DNA of 37,027 nucleotides. Origin: Bdellovibrionales bacterium (GTDB taxonomy: Bacteria > Bdellovibrionota > Bdellovibrionia > Bdellovibrionales > JAGQZY01). The stretch is from assembly GCA_041736775.1 (NCBI GenBank), contig JBGSSY010000232.1, positions 1 to 37,027 of the forward strand. Direction: 5' to 3'. Position 1 is the first letter of the stretch. Each line of letters opens with the position of its first letter. Of this stretch, positions 8,849 through 17,796 are shown one piece after another. Under the pieces are notes generated by a model. That model worked only from the letters and a program-made list of their open reading frames with translations, ran no database searches and was not told the DNA's origin. The translations under genes were made by a program, and so were the position numbers.

Positions 8849-9552
8849 CGTCTTGGCTCCATGATTGTGAGGTATGAAGTTTTGTCTCTTCGAATTTCAA
8901 ATCGTATAGGTGAGTTCGTGGATAGATCCTCTTTTTTTGTGATGATCAGTCCAGAAAGTTTTTTGTCAGGTTTCAATTTAAGTTCATTAAGTGCAAGTTT
9001 ATGAATCGGTATTGTTCTTCCATTTTGGGTTATCCAAATCCATTCAGGTTTGAAGGTTTCTTTTTTTAATGACTGAACATCAAACTCAATCAGATAAAGT
9101 CCATGTTTGGTTGATCCGAGTTTTAAAACATCAACACGCATTTCATTACTTTTTAAGTGATTGCGAAAATCCCTCCACTTAATGCTAAAAGATTCTTGCT
9201 TAATGGTTTTGGGTTGAAGATAAACAACAAAGTCTGCTTGGTTTTTATCTGTAGGAACGAGTTTAATGTTGTACCTTTGCCAATCTGTATAAATATAAAG
9301 ATTAGTTCTAGCGTTTTGCACTAACGGCTTGATGGTGATGGCTCGGTCTAGGTATTCGACTTTAAAAGCGGATTGGTCGCCGATCACGACGCTTGTGGGC
9401 CTATCCGGTACTTGTATGATGGTTGCAATCCCTATGGCTGTTTTAACGGCTATGATTTGATCTTTTTTAGCTTCTACATGGCGCACGTCTGCCTTTGCCG
9501 TGGCAAATGCCAAGACAATAAAGCAGAGCGCACCTATTTTAAATAGGGGCAT
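8842..9552 (-). CDS. VirB9/TrbG-like T4SS outer-membrane protein
   Basis: Signal peptide (FIVLAFATAKA). KTAIGIATIIQVPDRPTSVVIGDQSAFKVEYLDRAITIKP resembles the VirB9/CagX N-domain. AAGGAG RBS. Confidence 0.6.
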   Translation of the reverse strand: MPLFKIGALCFIVLAFATAKADVRHVEAKKDQIIAVKTAIGIATIIQVPDRPTSVVIGDQSAFKVEYLDRAITIKPLVQNARTNLYIYTDWQRYNIKLVPTDKNQADFVVYLQPKTIKQESFSIKWRDFRNHLKSNEMRVDVLKLGSTKHGLYLIEFDVQSLKKETFKPEWIWITQNGRTIPIHKLALNELKLKPDKKLSGLIITKKEDLSTNSPIRFEIRRDKTSYLTIMEPRRW

Positions 9553-9636
9553 CTGAACTCCTTTGTTTTATGGTTAATTTTGAGTGAACATTTGATTTTA
9601 TTTACATAGCTATTCTTTTGCGGAATAATCATTGGG

Positions 9637-10149
9637 ATGAATCAAATTACTATTTTATTATTATCACTGATGGTCTTATCTGGTTGTTCAAGTTTGCAAA
9701 ACTCTAGTGAATCTTTAAAGGCAGTTGAAACCACGTCATCCCATCAGAATCAAAAACAAAGTTCCGAATGTAAAAATACAGAAACTTCTTTTAACTGTGT
9801 TTCAGTTGTTGAAGTTTATGATGGTGATAGCATTTTTATAGACTTACCTGACCAACATCCTCTGTTCGGAAAAAGAATGGGTGTTAGAATTTCGGGTATT
9901 GATACTCCAGAATTAAAGACCAAAGACGCTTGTGAGAAAAAGAGGGGTCAAGAGGCAAGAGTAATTCTTCAAGCTATGATATCTAAAGGTAACCGGATTG
10001 ATATAGTAAGTGTTGAAAAAGATAAATTTTTTAGAATTCTTGGCACAGTGTTAGTCGATGGTCGTTCAGTTTCAGATGAGTTAATCAAGCGTAAGGTCGC
10101 ATATCCGTATGGTGGTGAGAAGAAAATTAAAAGAAACTGGTGCTTTTAA
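9637..10149 (+). CDS. thermonuclease (staphylococcal-nuclease-like) lipoprotein
   Basis: Lipobox LSGCSS. SNase-type motif VYDGDSIFIDL ... GVRISGIDTPELK. It is the only plus-strand gene inside the T4SS block. Confidence 0.75.
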   Translation: MNQITILLLSLMVLSGCSSLQNSSESLKAVETTSSHQNQKQSSECKNTETSFNCVSVVEVYDGDSIFIDLPDQHPLFGKRMGVRISGIDTPELKTKDACEKKRGQEARVILQAMISKGNRIDIVSVEKDKFFRILGTVLVDGRSVSDELIKRKVAYPYGGEKKIKRNWCF

Positions 10150-10162
10150 CTTCTAATATTTA

Positions 10163-11047
10163 TTATCCTAAGTAAGTATTTAATTTTGTGATCATCGACT
10201 TTGAATTTAGTGTCAAAGATAACTCTTCAAATGAGCTTTCGAGAAGAAAGTTTGTCATATCTTTTTTGGCTAATTCCCAATCTAACTTTTCAAGCTTTGT
10301 AGTTAAGACACCATTAAGCCATTTTTGGTCAATATTCAAATTTTGATCTTTGAATGGACCAGCTTTAAATAGCGCATTTTTTAGTAACTCATAGTTGGGT
10401 TGAATCTTTTTACTGAGGTACCAATCTAGGTCAAAATAATCTCTTCCTTTGATATATGATTCTGATCCATGGAAAAAGTCTCTGCATAAAACAGCGTGTA
10501 GTTTGCCAGCAAAGGAAGAGCTATGATCCTGTATCTGCAACTTAAATTTTTCAGGAAAATCTAGTTCTACATCTACAAAAGTTGATCCAATGGGTGCATC
10601 TGTGTCGATTTCAATTTTTATTTGAGATTTAGCATTTTGAAATGCATATTTTGGATTCTTATCTAAGAACTGCTTGGCGAGTGTTCCTTCTTTAATCCAA
10701 ATTTTTTGAATGTTGTTGTTAATCGGACTATGTGTAATCTCCAAAATAAGTCCCGTTTGAGATAAAATATCTTTTGCTTGGTTAAGCATGTCGGCAATAT
10801 CTGCATTGGTTTTTTGCTTATTTACTAATACGAAATCTAGGTCCTCAGAAAAACGATCAATTTTGTCTACAATTCTTAAGCATGTGCCACCATGAAATGC
10901 GATGTGATCAAAGAAATCAATTTGGCTGAGAGCAAACAAATAGCTGTGCTGAAGAAGCTCTTTGTAAAGATTTTCCATAAAAAGTTGATCTTCGGATTTG
11001 GCGTTGGTTTTTTTATTTAAAATTTCTTTGATTAAATTATTGCTCAT
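10163..11047 (-). CDS. AbiEii/AbiGii-family nucleotidyltransferase toxin (type IV TA)
   Basis: HGGTCLRIV ... DRFSEDLDFVL motif. ATG at 11047 (MSNNLIK) overlaps the AbiEi stop by 11 nt. The ORF track's longer start at 11107 is unlikely. Confidence 0.75.
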   Translation of the reverse strand: MSNNLIKEILNKKTNAKSEDQLFMENLYKELLQHSYLFALSQIDFFDHIAFHGGTCLRIVDKIDRFSEDLDFVLVNKQKTNADIADMLNQAKDILSQTGLILEITHSPINNNIQKIWIKEGTLAKQFLDKNPKYAFQNAKSQIKIEIDTDAPIGSTFVDVELDFPEKFKLQIQDHSSSFAGKLHAVLCRDFFHGSESYIKGRDYFDLDWYLSKKIQPNYELLKNALFKAGPFKDQNLNIDQKWLNGVLTTKLEKLDWELAKKDMTNFLLESSFEELSLTLNSKSMITKLNTYLG

Positions 11048-11687
11048 ATAGATTCTCGCAAACCTTATCCATAAAAGGTTCATTGTAGTGCAGTTTATAA
11101 TTCTCAAGATCCTGCCAGTTTACAATTTCAAGTGCGTCTTCATTCAGTCTAAGGTCATGAATAAGATGCGCTCTGTTAGTCCAAGTTTTTTTGGTGATAT
11201 AGGCATGATCGAGAATAGCTTTGAGCGGAGTTGCGATTCGGTATTCGATTCCTTGAGGTAGGCTAACTGTATCCACACCAAATGTAATAAAGTGTCTTGG
11301 AACTTTCATAAAGTTAAATGTTCCAATTTCAGTTTTAAAAGGTTTTTGGTGTTGAATTAATTTATCTGTAAATGCAGAAATAATTCCTACCGCTTCTGGA
11401 ATTAGTCCAAGATAGTTAAGCGCTGTCATATCTGTTACATAACAAAATGGATCAATCTTTCCTAAAAATTCAAAGGGAGAAATAATGCGACTACGATGCT
11501 TTTCAGGTAAGCAATAGACTCCACTTCTTAGACGAATTAAATCCTTTCGTTCCACGGCTCTCTTTAGTAAGTTGGCTACTGAGGCTTTCGTAGCTCGTGA
11601 ACGTCTTAAGGAAAGCTCTAGTTCACTTTTAGTGAACAAGGGTTGACTAGCTCTTTTTTGGATAATCTGTTGAAATTGCATTCTCAT
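11037..11687 (-). CDS. AbiEi-family antitoxin / transcriptional regulator
   Basis: N-terminal wHTH-like FTKSELELSL...VANLLKRAVERKDLIRLRSGVYCL. Immediately upstream of and overlapping the AbiEii gene. AAGGAG RBS; the second ATG at 11681 is better spaced from it. Confidence 0.7.
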   Translation of the reverse strand: MRMQFQQIIQKRASQPLFTKSELELSLRRSRATKASVANLLKRAVERKDLIRLRSGVYCLPEKHRSRIISPFEFLGKIDPFCYVTDMTALNYLGLIPEAVGIISAFTDKLIQHQKPFKTEIGTFNFMKVPRHFITFGVDTVSLPQGIEYRIATPLKAILDHAYITKKTWTNRAHLIHDLRLNEDALEIVNWQDLENYKLHYNEPFMDKVCENLYEQ

Positions 11688-11832
11688 TACTCCTTATCGA
11701 CACTTTTAATATAACACTTAAGTTATTAAAATAAAAGGGTAATACTAATTAAACGATAATTCTATAAATGAGACAAATCATACCTTAAGTATTTCAATGA
11801 GTTATCGCTTTTCCATCAGAAAAGCAGGCAAT

Positions 11833-12420
11833 TTAAAGTAGCTCCACTTCCTTAGAAATATACACGCCCCAAGGATTAGACTTGGTATGAGGTCCAGTGG
11901 TGAAGTGAAGTTCTACCTTCAATTCACCAGCGGCTCGAATTCCCATAATCGAAGTTACGCGTTCACCAATCACCTTGGCTGTCTGATTTTTTAGATCAAT
12001 TTGGATATCAGTGGGAAAAGCTCTTTGAATCACTTTTTTGTCGTGACTAAAATCAGCTACTTTTCTTGTCGCTTGGGTGAATGCAGATTCATGACTTCCA
12101 TTAATAAAGCTTCGAGCCTTATCTAATTTTTGATTCACATTATTAGGTGTCCAGTCGTAACGATTTTTGATGTATTCGACGATAGCTTTTTCAATCAGCA
12201 TTTTTACATCAGGTAGCTTTTGAGCCTCAAGAGTATTAGCCGTCATATCAAAAGCGATAACGGCTGGTGCGCGAGTCGCCATTAAGATGATGGTCGCAAA
12301 GGCAAGTATCAAAACAGCAAAACTGATTAGGCTAAACAATTTTAAAAACTGATTTGAGTGAATGAGTTCTGCCATTTTCTGAGGAAGTTGATTCGCTGAG
12401 AGTTTAATTTTTTGTACCAT
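11833..12420 (-). CDS. VirB8/TrbF-like T4SS protein
   Basis: 195 aa with a single N-terminal TM (FLKLFSLISFAVLILAFATIILMA) and a periplasmic domain. It occupies the trbF position after the TrbL-like gene. AAGGAG RBS. Confidence 0.5.
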   Translation of the reverse strand: MVQKIKLSANQLPQKMAELIHSNQFLKLFSLISFAVLILAFATIILMATRAPAVIAFDMTANTLEAQKLPDVKMLIEKAIVEYIKNRYDWTPNNVNQKLDKARSFINGSHESAFTQATRKVADFSHDKKVIQRAFPTDIQIDLKNQTAKVIGERVTSIMGIRAAGELKVELHFTTGPHTKSNPWGVYISKEVELL

Positions 12421-12431
12421 AAGTACTCCTT

Positions 12432-13298
12432 TTAAGTTGAACTGCGTTTTGGTTGAAAAGATTTTTTCTTAATAAACTGTTGAGTCGATTGAATTGTGTT
12501 CCGACTGGTTGAAGCTACAGCAGCAGCTTTTCCAGGTAACCCTGCCATTACTCCGACTGCCATTGAACCTAGAGAGTTAGAGGCTGCCTGTGCTCCTTGT
12601 CCTACTAAAGATTTAACAAGCATTGGAGTGAGTAGCATTGCAATGGCGATGACAAAGTTCATCACAATTAGAGTGATATAGTTACCTTCGACTTTGTAAA
12701 CGTCACCAAATGATAGTGCCGAAAGCATAGCTCCAAGTATCGCCCAAACAACCTTCCAGCTTGCGACCTCAATCATTCCCTTAAATAAGTTTGCAGTGAT
12801 CTGACTTGTTGATGCAAAAAGATTAAAGAGTAAAAGCAATGGCGCTGATACCATAAAAAATATCCAATAGAAGTGATACATCGCTATCGTTAAGTATCGA
12901 CATACATAAAGAAGTAAATAGCTTAAGAATGAAAGTATCGCGATCAACAAGGTATTAAACTGAAGTAGAATACTTGTTGGTGATATCGAATACTCTTGGG
13001 ATTTTTCTTGAGCCATTCTAACAATATTGTCGAGCGAGTTAACACTATCAATTTTTGCCGTAATTCCATCGGCAATAAATAAGATAGCATTGCTAATGTC
13101 GGGTAGGGCCACGAGCAGTAATGTTGAAATCACCGCTCGTTTTAAAATATCCAAAAACTCAACATATCCACGCCCTGACTTGAACCATTGCAAAGTGACG
13201 GCAAGTGCGAAGCACACGGGTAAGAGCAAATAGTACATTCGTACAAACTCTTGATGAAGTTCTTTCATCAGCGAGCCTAAAATTTCAAATTGTGGCAT
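12432..13298 (-). CDS. VirB6/TrbL-like polytopic membrane T4SS protein
   Basis: 288 aa with multiple hydrophobic segments. Positioned between the TrbJ-like and VirB8-like genes. Confidence 0.55.
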   Translation of the reverse strand: MPQFEILGSLMKELHQEFVRMYYLLLPVCFALAVTLQWFKSGRGYVEFLDILKRAVISTLLLVALPDISNAILFIADGITAKIDSVNSLDNIVRMAQEKSQEYSISPTSILLQFNTLLIAILSFLSYLLLYVCRYLTIAMYHFYWIFFMVSAPLLLLFNLFASTSQITANLFKGMIEVASWKVVWAILGAMLSALSFGDVYKVEGNYITLIVMNFVIAIAMLLTPMLVKSLVGQGAQAASNSLGSMAVGVMAGLPGKAAAVASTSRNTIQSTQQFIKKKSFQPKRSST

Positions 13299-13301
13299 CT
13301 T

Positions 13302-14006
13302 TTATTTTCCTACTAAGGGTTGAAGTTTAGGCTCCTGAGGAAGACCACCAAAGGCTGTGGATAGACTTTCATACTGAGTCTTAAACTGAGCAGACTCTAG
13401 TTTCCCTTGCCTATTCTTCATGGCAATATCTTCGCCGAGCATTTTTAGCATCATCGAATTAGTTCTCAAAACTTGGGTGCTGACACTTATCAAAACTGCA
13501 ACAGACTGTGCAGTCAGTTTGGCAGCCCCATTCTGGTTGACCACTTGCGAGTGGGCCATAATCCTTCGACTTTCTTCATCGGCTTGATCTGCAAAATTAA
13601 ATAAGGCTCCATTCATGGAAATACTTTCCGCTACAGACTGATCGTGCGCTTGCTGAAGCCTTGCCTCAGCTGTTTCTGGAACAACCCCATACAAATCTTC
13701 GATCACAGCGAGCACCTGATCTGCATCCGCTAGGCTTCCATAGATTCCCGGATTAAATTTAGGGTTAATCATATGAATGATTGAAAGCCCATGTTTAATC
13801 CCAGCATTGATATCCTTTAGAATCCCCAGGGTGTCGCTGCTAGTAGATAGAATCTGTTTGAGCTGAATTAATTGCTGGATTGCATTTGCTAAAATTTTGA
13901 CCAGTACCACTACGTCTCCACCAAAGAGATCTGCTTTTGCTGGCTTAGGAGTACCAATCGCCACCACTAGAACGCTTATAATTAAAAAATGTTTTAATCG
14001 CTTCAA
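13302..14006 (-). CDS. TrbJ/VirB5-like secreted T4SS protein
   Basis: TTG at 14006 is preceded by GGGAGG and lies 1 nt after the virB4 stop. It gives LKRLKHFLIISVLVVAIGTPKPAKA (signal peptide) and then a helical protein. The track's GTG start at 14087 would overlap virB4 by 80 nt. Confidence 0.45.
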   Translation of the reverse strand: MKRLKHFLIISVLVVAIGTPKPAKADLFGGDVVVLVKILANAIQQLIQLKQILSTSSDTLGILKDINAGIKHGLSIIHMINPKFNPGIYGSLADADQVLAVIEDLYGVVPETAEARLQQAHDQSVAESISMNGALFNFADQADEESRRIMAHSQVVNQNGAAKLTAQSVAVLISVSTQVLRTNSMMLKMLGEDIAMKNRQGKLESAQFKTQYESLSTAFGGLPQEPKLQPLVGK

Positions 14007-14007
14007 A

Positions 14008-16515
14008 CTAGCCTCCCTTGGGTTGCGAAATACCCTGAGGGTAAGTCTTGGATGCTTCGAGGATGGCGTCCTTAAGGCACAAACCACCCGTTGTAAGACT
14101 ATTTAGGTAGTTGTTGTCAGAGGCATCACTGGTAGCCAGCCAATACTCCATAGGGGAGGGATGAATCTGTATGACTTGGCTTTCTAAGGCTTCAATCAAA
14201 AACCCCTCAGAATAGAACCCTTTCTTTTGTTTCAGGGATTGAATCAGCTCAAGCTCTTGGTCATTGATCTTCAAAGACTTTTTCAGAATTTCAATGTCGC
14301 CCCTTTGTAACATAAGAATTTTTGTCGAAGTGTTGTTCAAGATGGCTGATCCAATAGGGGAGTTCGCAATCTCTTCAACACCTTGGGTGATAAAGGTAAT
14401 TCCAGAACCAGTCTTTCTTAAAGTTCGCGCTGCGTATTCCATAAAGCTTGCTGCCGCTTGAGATTTTAAAAGTTCCCATGCTTCATCCAGAATGATTCGC
14501 TTTTTGACTGAACGATCTCCTTCCACTTGAGATAAAATAAAATCAGTAAGGGTTAGAATCATCACACTTTGTAAATCTGGATATTGAGACAAGCCTTTTA
14601 AATCAAAAGAGCAAATATCAGCATTGGTTCTTAAAGCTCCGTATCCATCAAGAAGTTTTCCGTAAGGGCGATCTCCTGTCCAAATGTAGAGCATCTTTGC
14701 AAGCCTCTTAAGATTGTCGTCTTTTGAAAGCGACAATCTTTTTTCGAGGTCACTTAAGATTGGAACTTCATTCTTCTTCTTTTTATCTTCATAAAGATCA
14801 ATGATTTCTTTTTCGAGTTGAACTTTAGAAAGCTTATCTAGTTTATCAAGTCCTTCTTCTGTAACCATGCACTCAACCATCGAGATCAAAGATTTAATCT
14901 TTTGATTGCTTGGGCCCTGTTCTATTTCTTGAATATGAAAAGGATTAATTTTGTATTTCTCAGATAAATCCATTTCAATGTACTGACCATCTAAGGCTTC
15001 AGTCAGTTTTTTATAAGACCCACCAATATCAATGACAAATACCTTAAGGCCTCGCGCCATCTCTTGAAGTAAAATACAGTTATTTAAAAAACTCTTTCCT
15101 GATCCAGAAGATCCAGTCACAAGACAGTTGTAGTTATTAAGTTTCGAATCAAAAGGATCAAAGCTTACAAGACCATTTAATCTATTTCTAAAAAGCACTA
15201 CGGGATTTGGATCACCTTTTCTTGGGCCATAGATCGGAAGAAAGTCAGCCAAGTTGTTAGTTTTCATTTTTTTTGCACGTTCAAGCTTTACAGGAGCCAT
15301 TGGGAAATTGCCCTTGATGACCTTCCAAGATCCTACAGTCTCTTCTAAGGCTTCCGCCCCTTGGAGGGATCGAAATCGTGATAAAACTTCACGCACTTGT
15401 TTGTTAAGAAGTTTTTCACCTTCTGCTGAAGCCTCTTCTTTTAAGATTAAATTCATCTGAACTGAATAAATTCTTTGACCTGTATTTAATAACTCACGGA
15501 TTAACTCTTCAGTGGCTGACAGTTTTGATTCGTTCTCTAAGTCAGTAGCTTTACCACCACTTGTTGCGGCAAGGGAGTGAGCCATTTTTCTCTTTTGCTG
15601 GAGCTTTTCCATTTCCGAAGCTTGGAAGGGAACATAGATCGAAAGTAGTAAAGAATAATGAAATGGCATTCTTAAAAAACTACTGAGTTGTCCTGCGAAG
15701 GTGTTCTCGGGCAGAGTTTTAAGACTTATGATTCGATGGTAGTGTTGATCTAAGGTGAACTGCTTAAGACTCAAAACCAAATCCCCAAAAACCAATTGCT
15801 CTCTGGGTGAGCTGTTCGACAGCCACTTTTCTTCTAGTTTAATTGAAGCTTCGACTTCTTTTTCAGTCGTGGTAATTAGTCTTGGTGCCGGAAGTTCTTC
15901 ACTTCGTTTTGGATTAAAGAACTTATAAAGATCGGTGATGAAGTCAGTCTTTGTTAAGTCAATCGTTTCTAGGCCAAGACTGTTGAATGATGACTTAAGA
16001 GATTCCATATCCTGAGAAATAGAATCCATAAGGTCCGAATACAAATCTAAACCTATTTTTTCAAACTCTTCTTGTTTCTTAAAAATGGACATAGTGCTTT
16101 TGCTCTCAACCTCTCGTCTTAAGAAAACCTTAAGCTTAGGTTTAAATAGTGCCCTTGATGCGATATCATTTATTAGAACCGAATCTCTTGAGTTCGCAAT
16201 TTCTTGAATAAGCGGGTGAAGAATTTTTGATCTTAAGTCTATGTGCTTTTTCGTAAGCTCGTGATAGTCTGAATCAACATCCAGAAAAAATTGTATGTGT
16301 GTCCCTTCAGAAACTGAGTTTAAGCAATTGCGTAAAGAGACAGTTAGGTTGTTTACTTCGTTGTCATCAAGGCATTCAATATCAATCACTTCTGTTTGAA
16401 AGCCCGTGACGATAGATGAGTCATTTAAAACAATATGTGAAATTGGGTGAGAGAAGAAGTCCCAGAAGGGGAGTTCTTCGCAGAGTGAGGATTCTTTTTC
16501 TTTAAATGCTCCCAT
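14008..16515 (-). CDS. VirB4/TrbE T4SS ATPase
   Basis: 835 aa, Walker A TGSSGSGKSF, Walker B RIILDEAWELL. AGGAGA RBS. Overlaps the VirB3-like gene. Confidence 0.9.
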   Translation of the reverse strand: MGAFKEKESSLCEELPFWDFFSHPISHIVLNDSSIVTGFQTEVIDIECLDDNEVNNLTVSLRNCLNSVSEGTHIQFFLDVDSDYHELTKKHIDLRSKILHPLIQEIANSRDSVLINDIASRALFKPKLKVFLRREVESKSTMSIFKKQEEFEKIGLDLYSDLMDSISQDMESLKSSFNSLGLETIDLTKTDFITDLYKFFNPKRSEELPAPRLITTTEKEVEASIKLEEKWLSNSSPREQLVFGDLVLSLKQFTLDQHYHRIISLKTLPENTFAGQLSSFLRMPFHYSLLLSIYVPFQASEMEKLQQKRKMAHSLAATSGGKATDLENESKLSATEELIRELLNTGQRIYSVQMNLILKEEASAEGEKLLNKQVREVLSRFRSLQGAEALEETVGSWKVIKGNFPMAPVKLERAKKMKTNNLADFLPIYGPRKGDPNPVVLFRNRLNGLVSFDPFDSKLNNYNCLVTGSSGSGKSFLNNCILLQEMARGLKVFVIDIGGSYKKLTEALDGQYIEMDLSEKYKINPFHIQEIEQGPSNQKIKSLISMVECMVTEEGLDKLDKLSKVQLEKEIIDLYEDKKKKNEVPILSDLEKRLSLSKDDNLKRLAKMLYIWTGDRPYGKLLDGYGALRTNADICSFDLKGLSQYPDLQSVMILTLTDFILSQVEGDRSVKKRIILDEAWELLKSQAAASFMEYAARTLRKTGSGITFITQGVEEIANSPIGSAILNNTSTKILMLQRGDIEILKKSLKINDQELELIQSLKQKKGFYSEGFLIEALESQVIQIHPSPMEYWLATSDASDNNYLNSLTTGGLCLKDAILEASKTYPQGISQPKGG

Positions 16516-16834
16516 TTGTATCTCCTATAGAAAATGGTTTGTGTTTTAAGTCTGCTTTTCCTGCTAGCTTCACAGAGCTTTGAGCGATATACTCACCAAG
16601 ATGCTGAATGTAGTTGTCAGGCTTTCCCTTTTTTAAAAAATAAATGGCTAAAGCAATAATGATCGTAGATCCCCAGACCAGAGGGTATCTGAATCTAGAG
16701 GACCCAAAGATCAAATTGGTCAGGGCCAAGTTCATAAAAATAAAAAGTAAGTCTGGAATCTCAAATCCAAAAAGCTTGTTCTTAGTGTCTAAGCTTCTTG
16801 GTACTGATGATGTGAGTAGTCCTTGATCGCTCAT
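16502..16834 (-). CDS. VirB3/TrbD-like small membrane protein
   Basis: 110 aa with two hydrophobic segments. Its end overlaps the virB4 start, as is typical. AAGGGGA RBS. Confidence 0.5.
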   Translation of the reverse strand: MSDQGLLTSSVPRSLDTKNKLFGFEIPDLLFIFMNLALTNLIFGSSRFRYPLVWGSTIIIALAIYFLKKGKPDNYIQHLGEYIAQSSVKLAGKADLKHKPFSIGDTNGSI

Positions 16835-16846
16835 TTTTAAATCCCC

Positions 16847-17134
16847 TTAGTGAACTGTCTGTGCAATGAAATCAACGATGGCTTGGCTACCAAAACCAAA
16901 GATGCATCCCATAACGGCGTATGCGATGTGTTGTTTGGCGTTTGGGTTTCCAGTGAAGAATGAGATTGCACCGATTGCAATACCAATGACGGACAGCACG
17001 GGTAGGATAACTCCAGTAAGCTTGCTCTTAAGCCCGATCAAGCTTGATTCAAGACCTGCAAAAGCTAGTTCCGGTAAAAGCGCAAATGTGACTGCGATGG
17101 CAATAGTAAAGTAAATTTTGTTTTTGTTGTTCAT
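16847..17134 (-). CDS. VirB2/TrbC-like pilin precursor
   Basis: ATG at 17134 with an AGGAG RBS (the track's 17155 start is TTG). Signal-like N-terminus ending LAFAG, followed by two hydrophobic helices. First structural gene of the operon. Confidence 0.5.
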   Translation of the reverse strand: MNNKNKIYFTIAIAVTFALLPELAFAGLESSLIGLKSKLTGVILPVLSVIGIAIGAISFFTGNPNAKQHIAYAVMGCIFGFGSQAIVDFIAQTVH

Positions 17135-17147
17135 AGAGTTCTCCTGT

Positions 17148-17540
17148 TTAAGCAACTTGTAAATTGTTTGAATTTGGTTTGTCTGGATAAATGCTCATAA
17201 AGATCGAAAGCGGTAGTAAATCAAAATCAAGAAAGGCAACGCCCTTTTGACTGATGACGGTTCCATTGCCAACAATGCTCCAGTTGTATTTTCGATTATT
17301 TTGCGAAGGCGCTTTTTTTTCTTCTCTAGTCATAATTAAAATTTTTGTTGGATCATCTTTCGTGGGAATCAAATAATACTTTTCTTGTGGAAAGGTCCAA
17401 AGCTTAACGCTATACATATCTTGCCCTTCTTTTAAGGTGGCAAACCCAACAGATTTTTCTTTTTTGACGGCTCCATTATCGTCGAGTGTTCCCGTGTAGA
17501 CTTGAAATCTGTAAAAGGTGGCTTGTTCTTTTTGTTCCAT
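17148..17540 (-). CDS. hypothetical protein
   Basis: ATG at 17540 with a GGGAGA RBS (the track's 17564 start is TTG). No motif recognised. Confidence 0.4.
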   Translation of the reverse strand: MEQKEQATFYRFQVYTGTLDDNGAVKKEKSVGFATLKEGQDMYSVKLWTFPQEKYYLIPTKDDPTKILIMTREEKKAPSQNNRKYNWSIVGNGTVISQKGVAFLDFDLLPLSIFMSIYPDKPNSNNLQVA

Positions 17541-17553
17541 TTTAATTCTCCCG

Positions 17554-17796
17554 TTACGCTGCAATTTTAAATTCTAGTTCTTCGTTTAATTTTGTTTTTA
17601 AAAAAGTAAGTGCATTTTCAATTAAGTTATTTGCACTATCCCAACTTGTATTTAAAAAGTCTGACACTTCAAAAATGCTATAGTTCTCCCAAAACCGAAG
17701 ATAGATTGCTAAACGTTGATCTTCGGTAAGAAGTGGAAGTACATATTTTAATTCATGAAGCTTTGACGATTTGTGGTTTAAAAAATTTTGATTCAT
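17554..17796 (-). CDS. sigma-70 region-4-like HTH protein (80 aa)
   Basis: LTEDQRLAIYLRFWENYSIFEVSDFLNTSWDSANNLIENALTFLKTKL matches the region 4.2 pattern. GAGGGGGA RBS. Confidence 0.5.
   Translation of the reverse strand: MNQNFLNHKSSKLHELKYVLPLLTEDQRLAIYLRFWENYSIFEVSDFLNTSWDSANNLIENALTFLKTKLNEELEFKIAA

Noticed and set aside
13897-14106. GTG-start extension of the TrbJ-like gene to 14087, and the antisense ORF 13897-14106
   Set aside because: The extension would overlap virB4 by 80 nt and add a non-signal-like N-terminus. TTG at 14006 with a GGGAGG RBS gives a proper signal peptide. The antisense ORF lies wholly within coding sequence.
7916-17114. Short antisense ORFs inside T4SS genes (7916-8161, 8545-8772, 12496-12681, 13027-13233, 14264-14461, 15254-15460, 16644-16826, 16866-17114)
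   Set aside because: Each is embedded in a longer ORF with recognisable motifs on the other strand, lacks an RBS and has odd composition.
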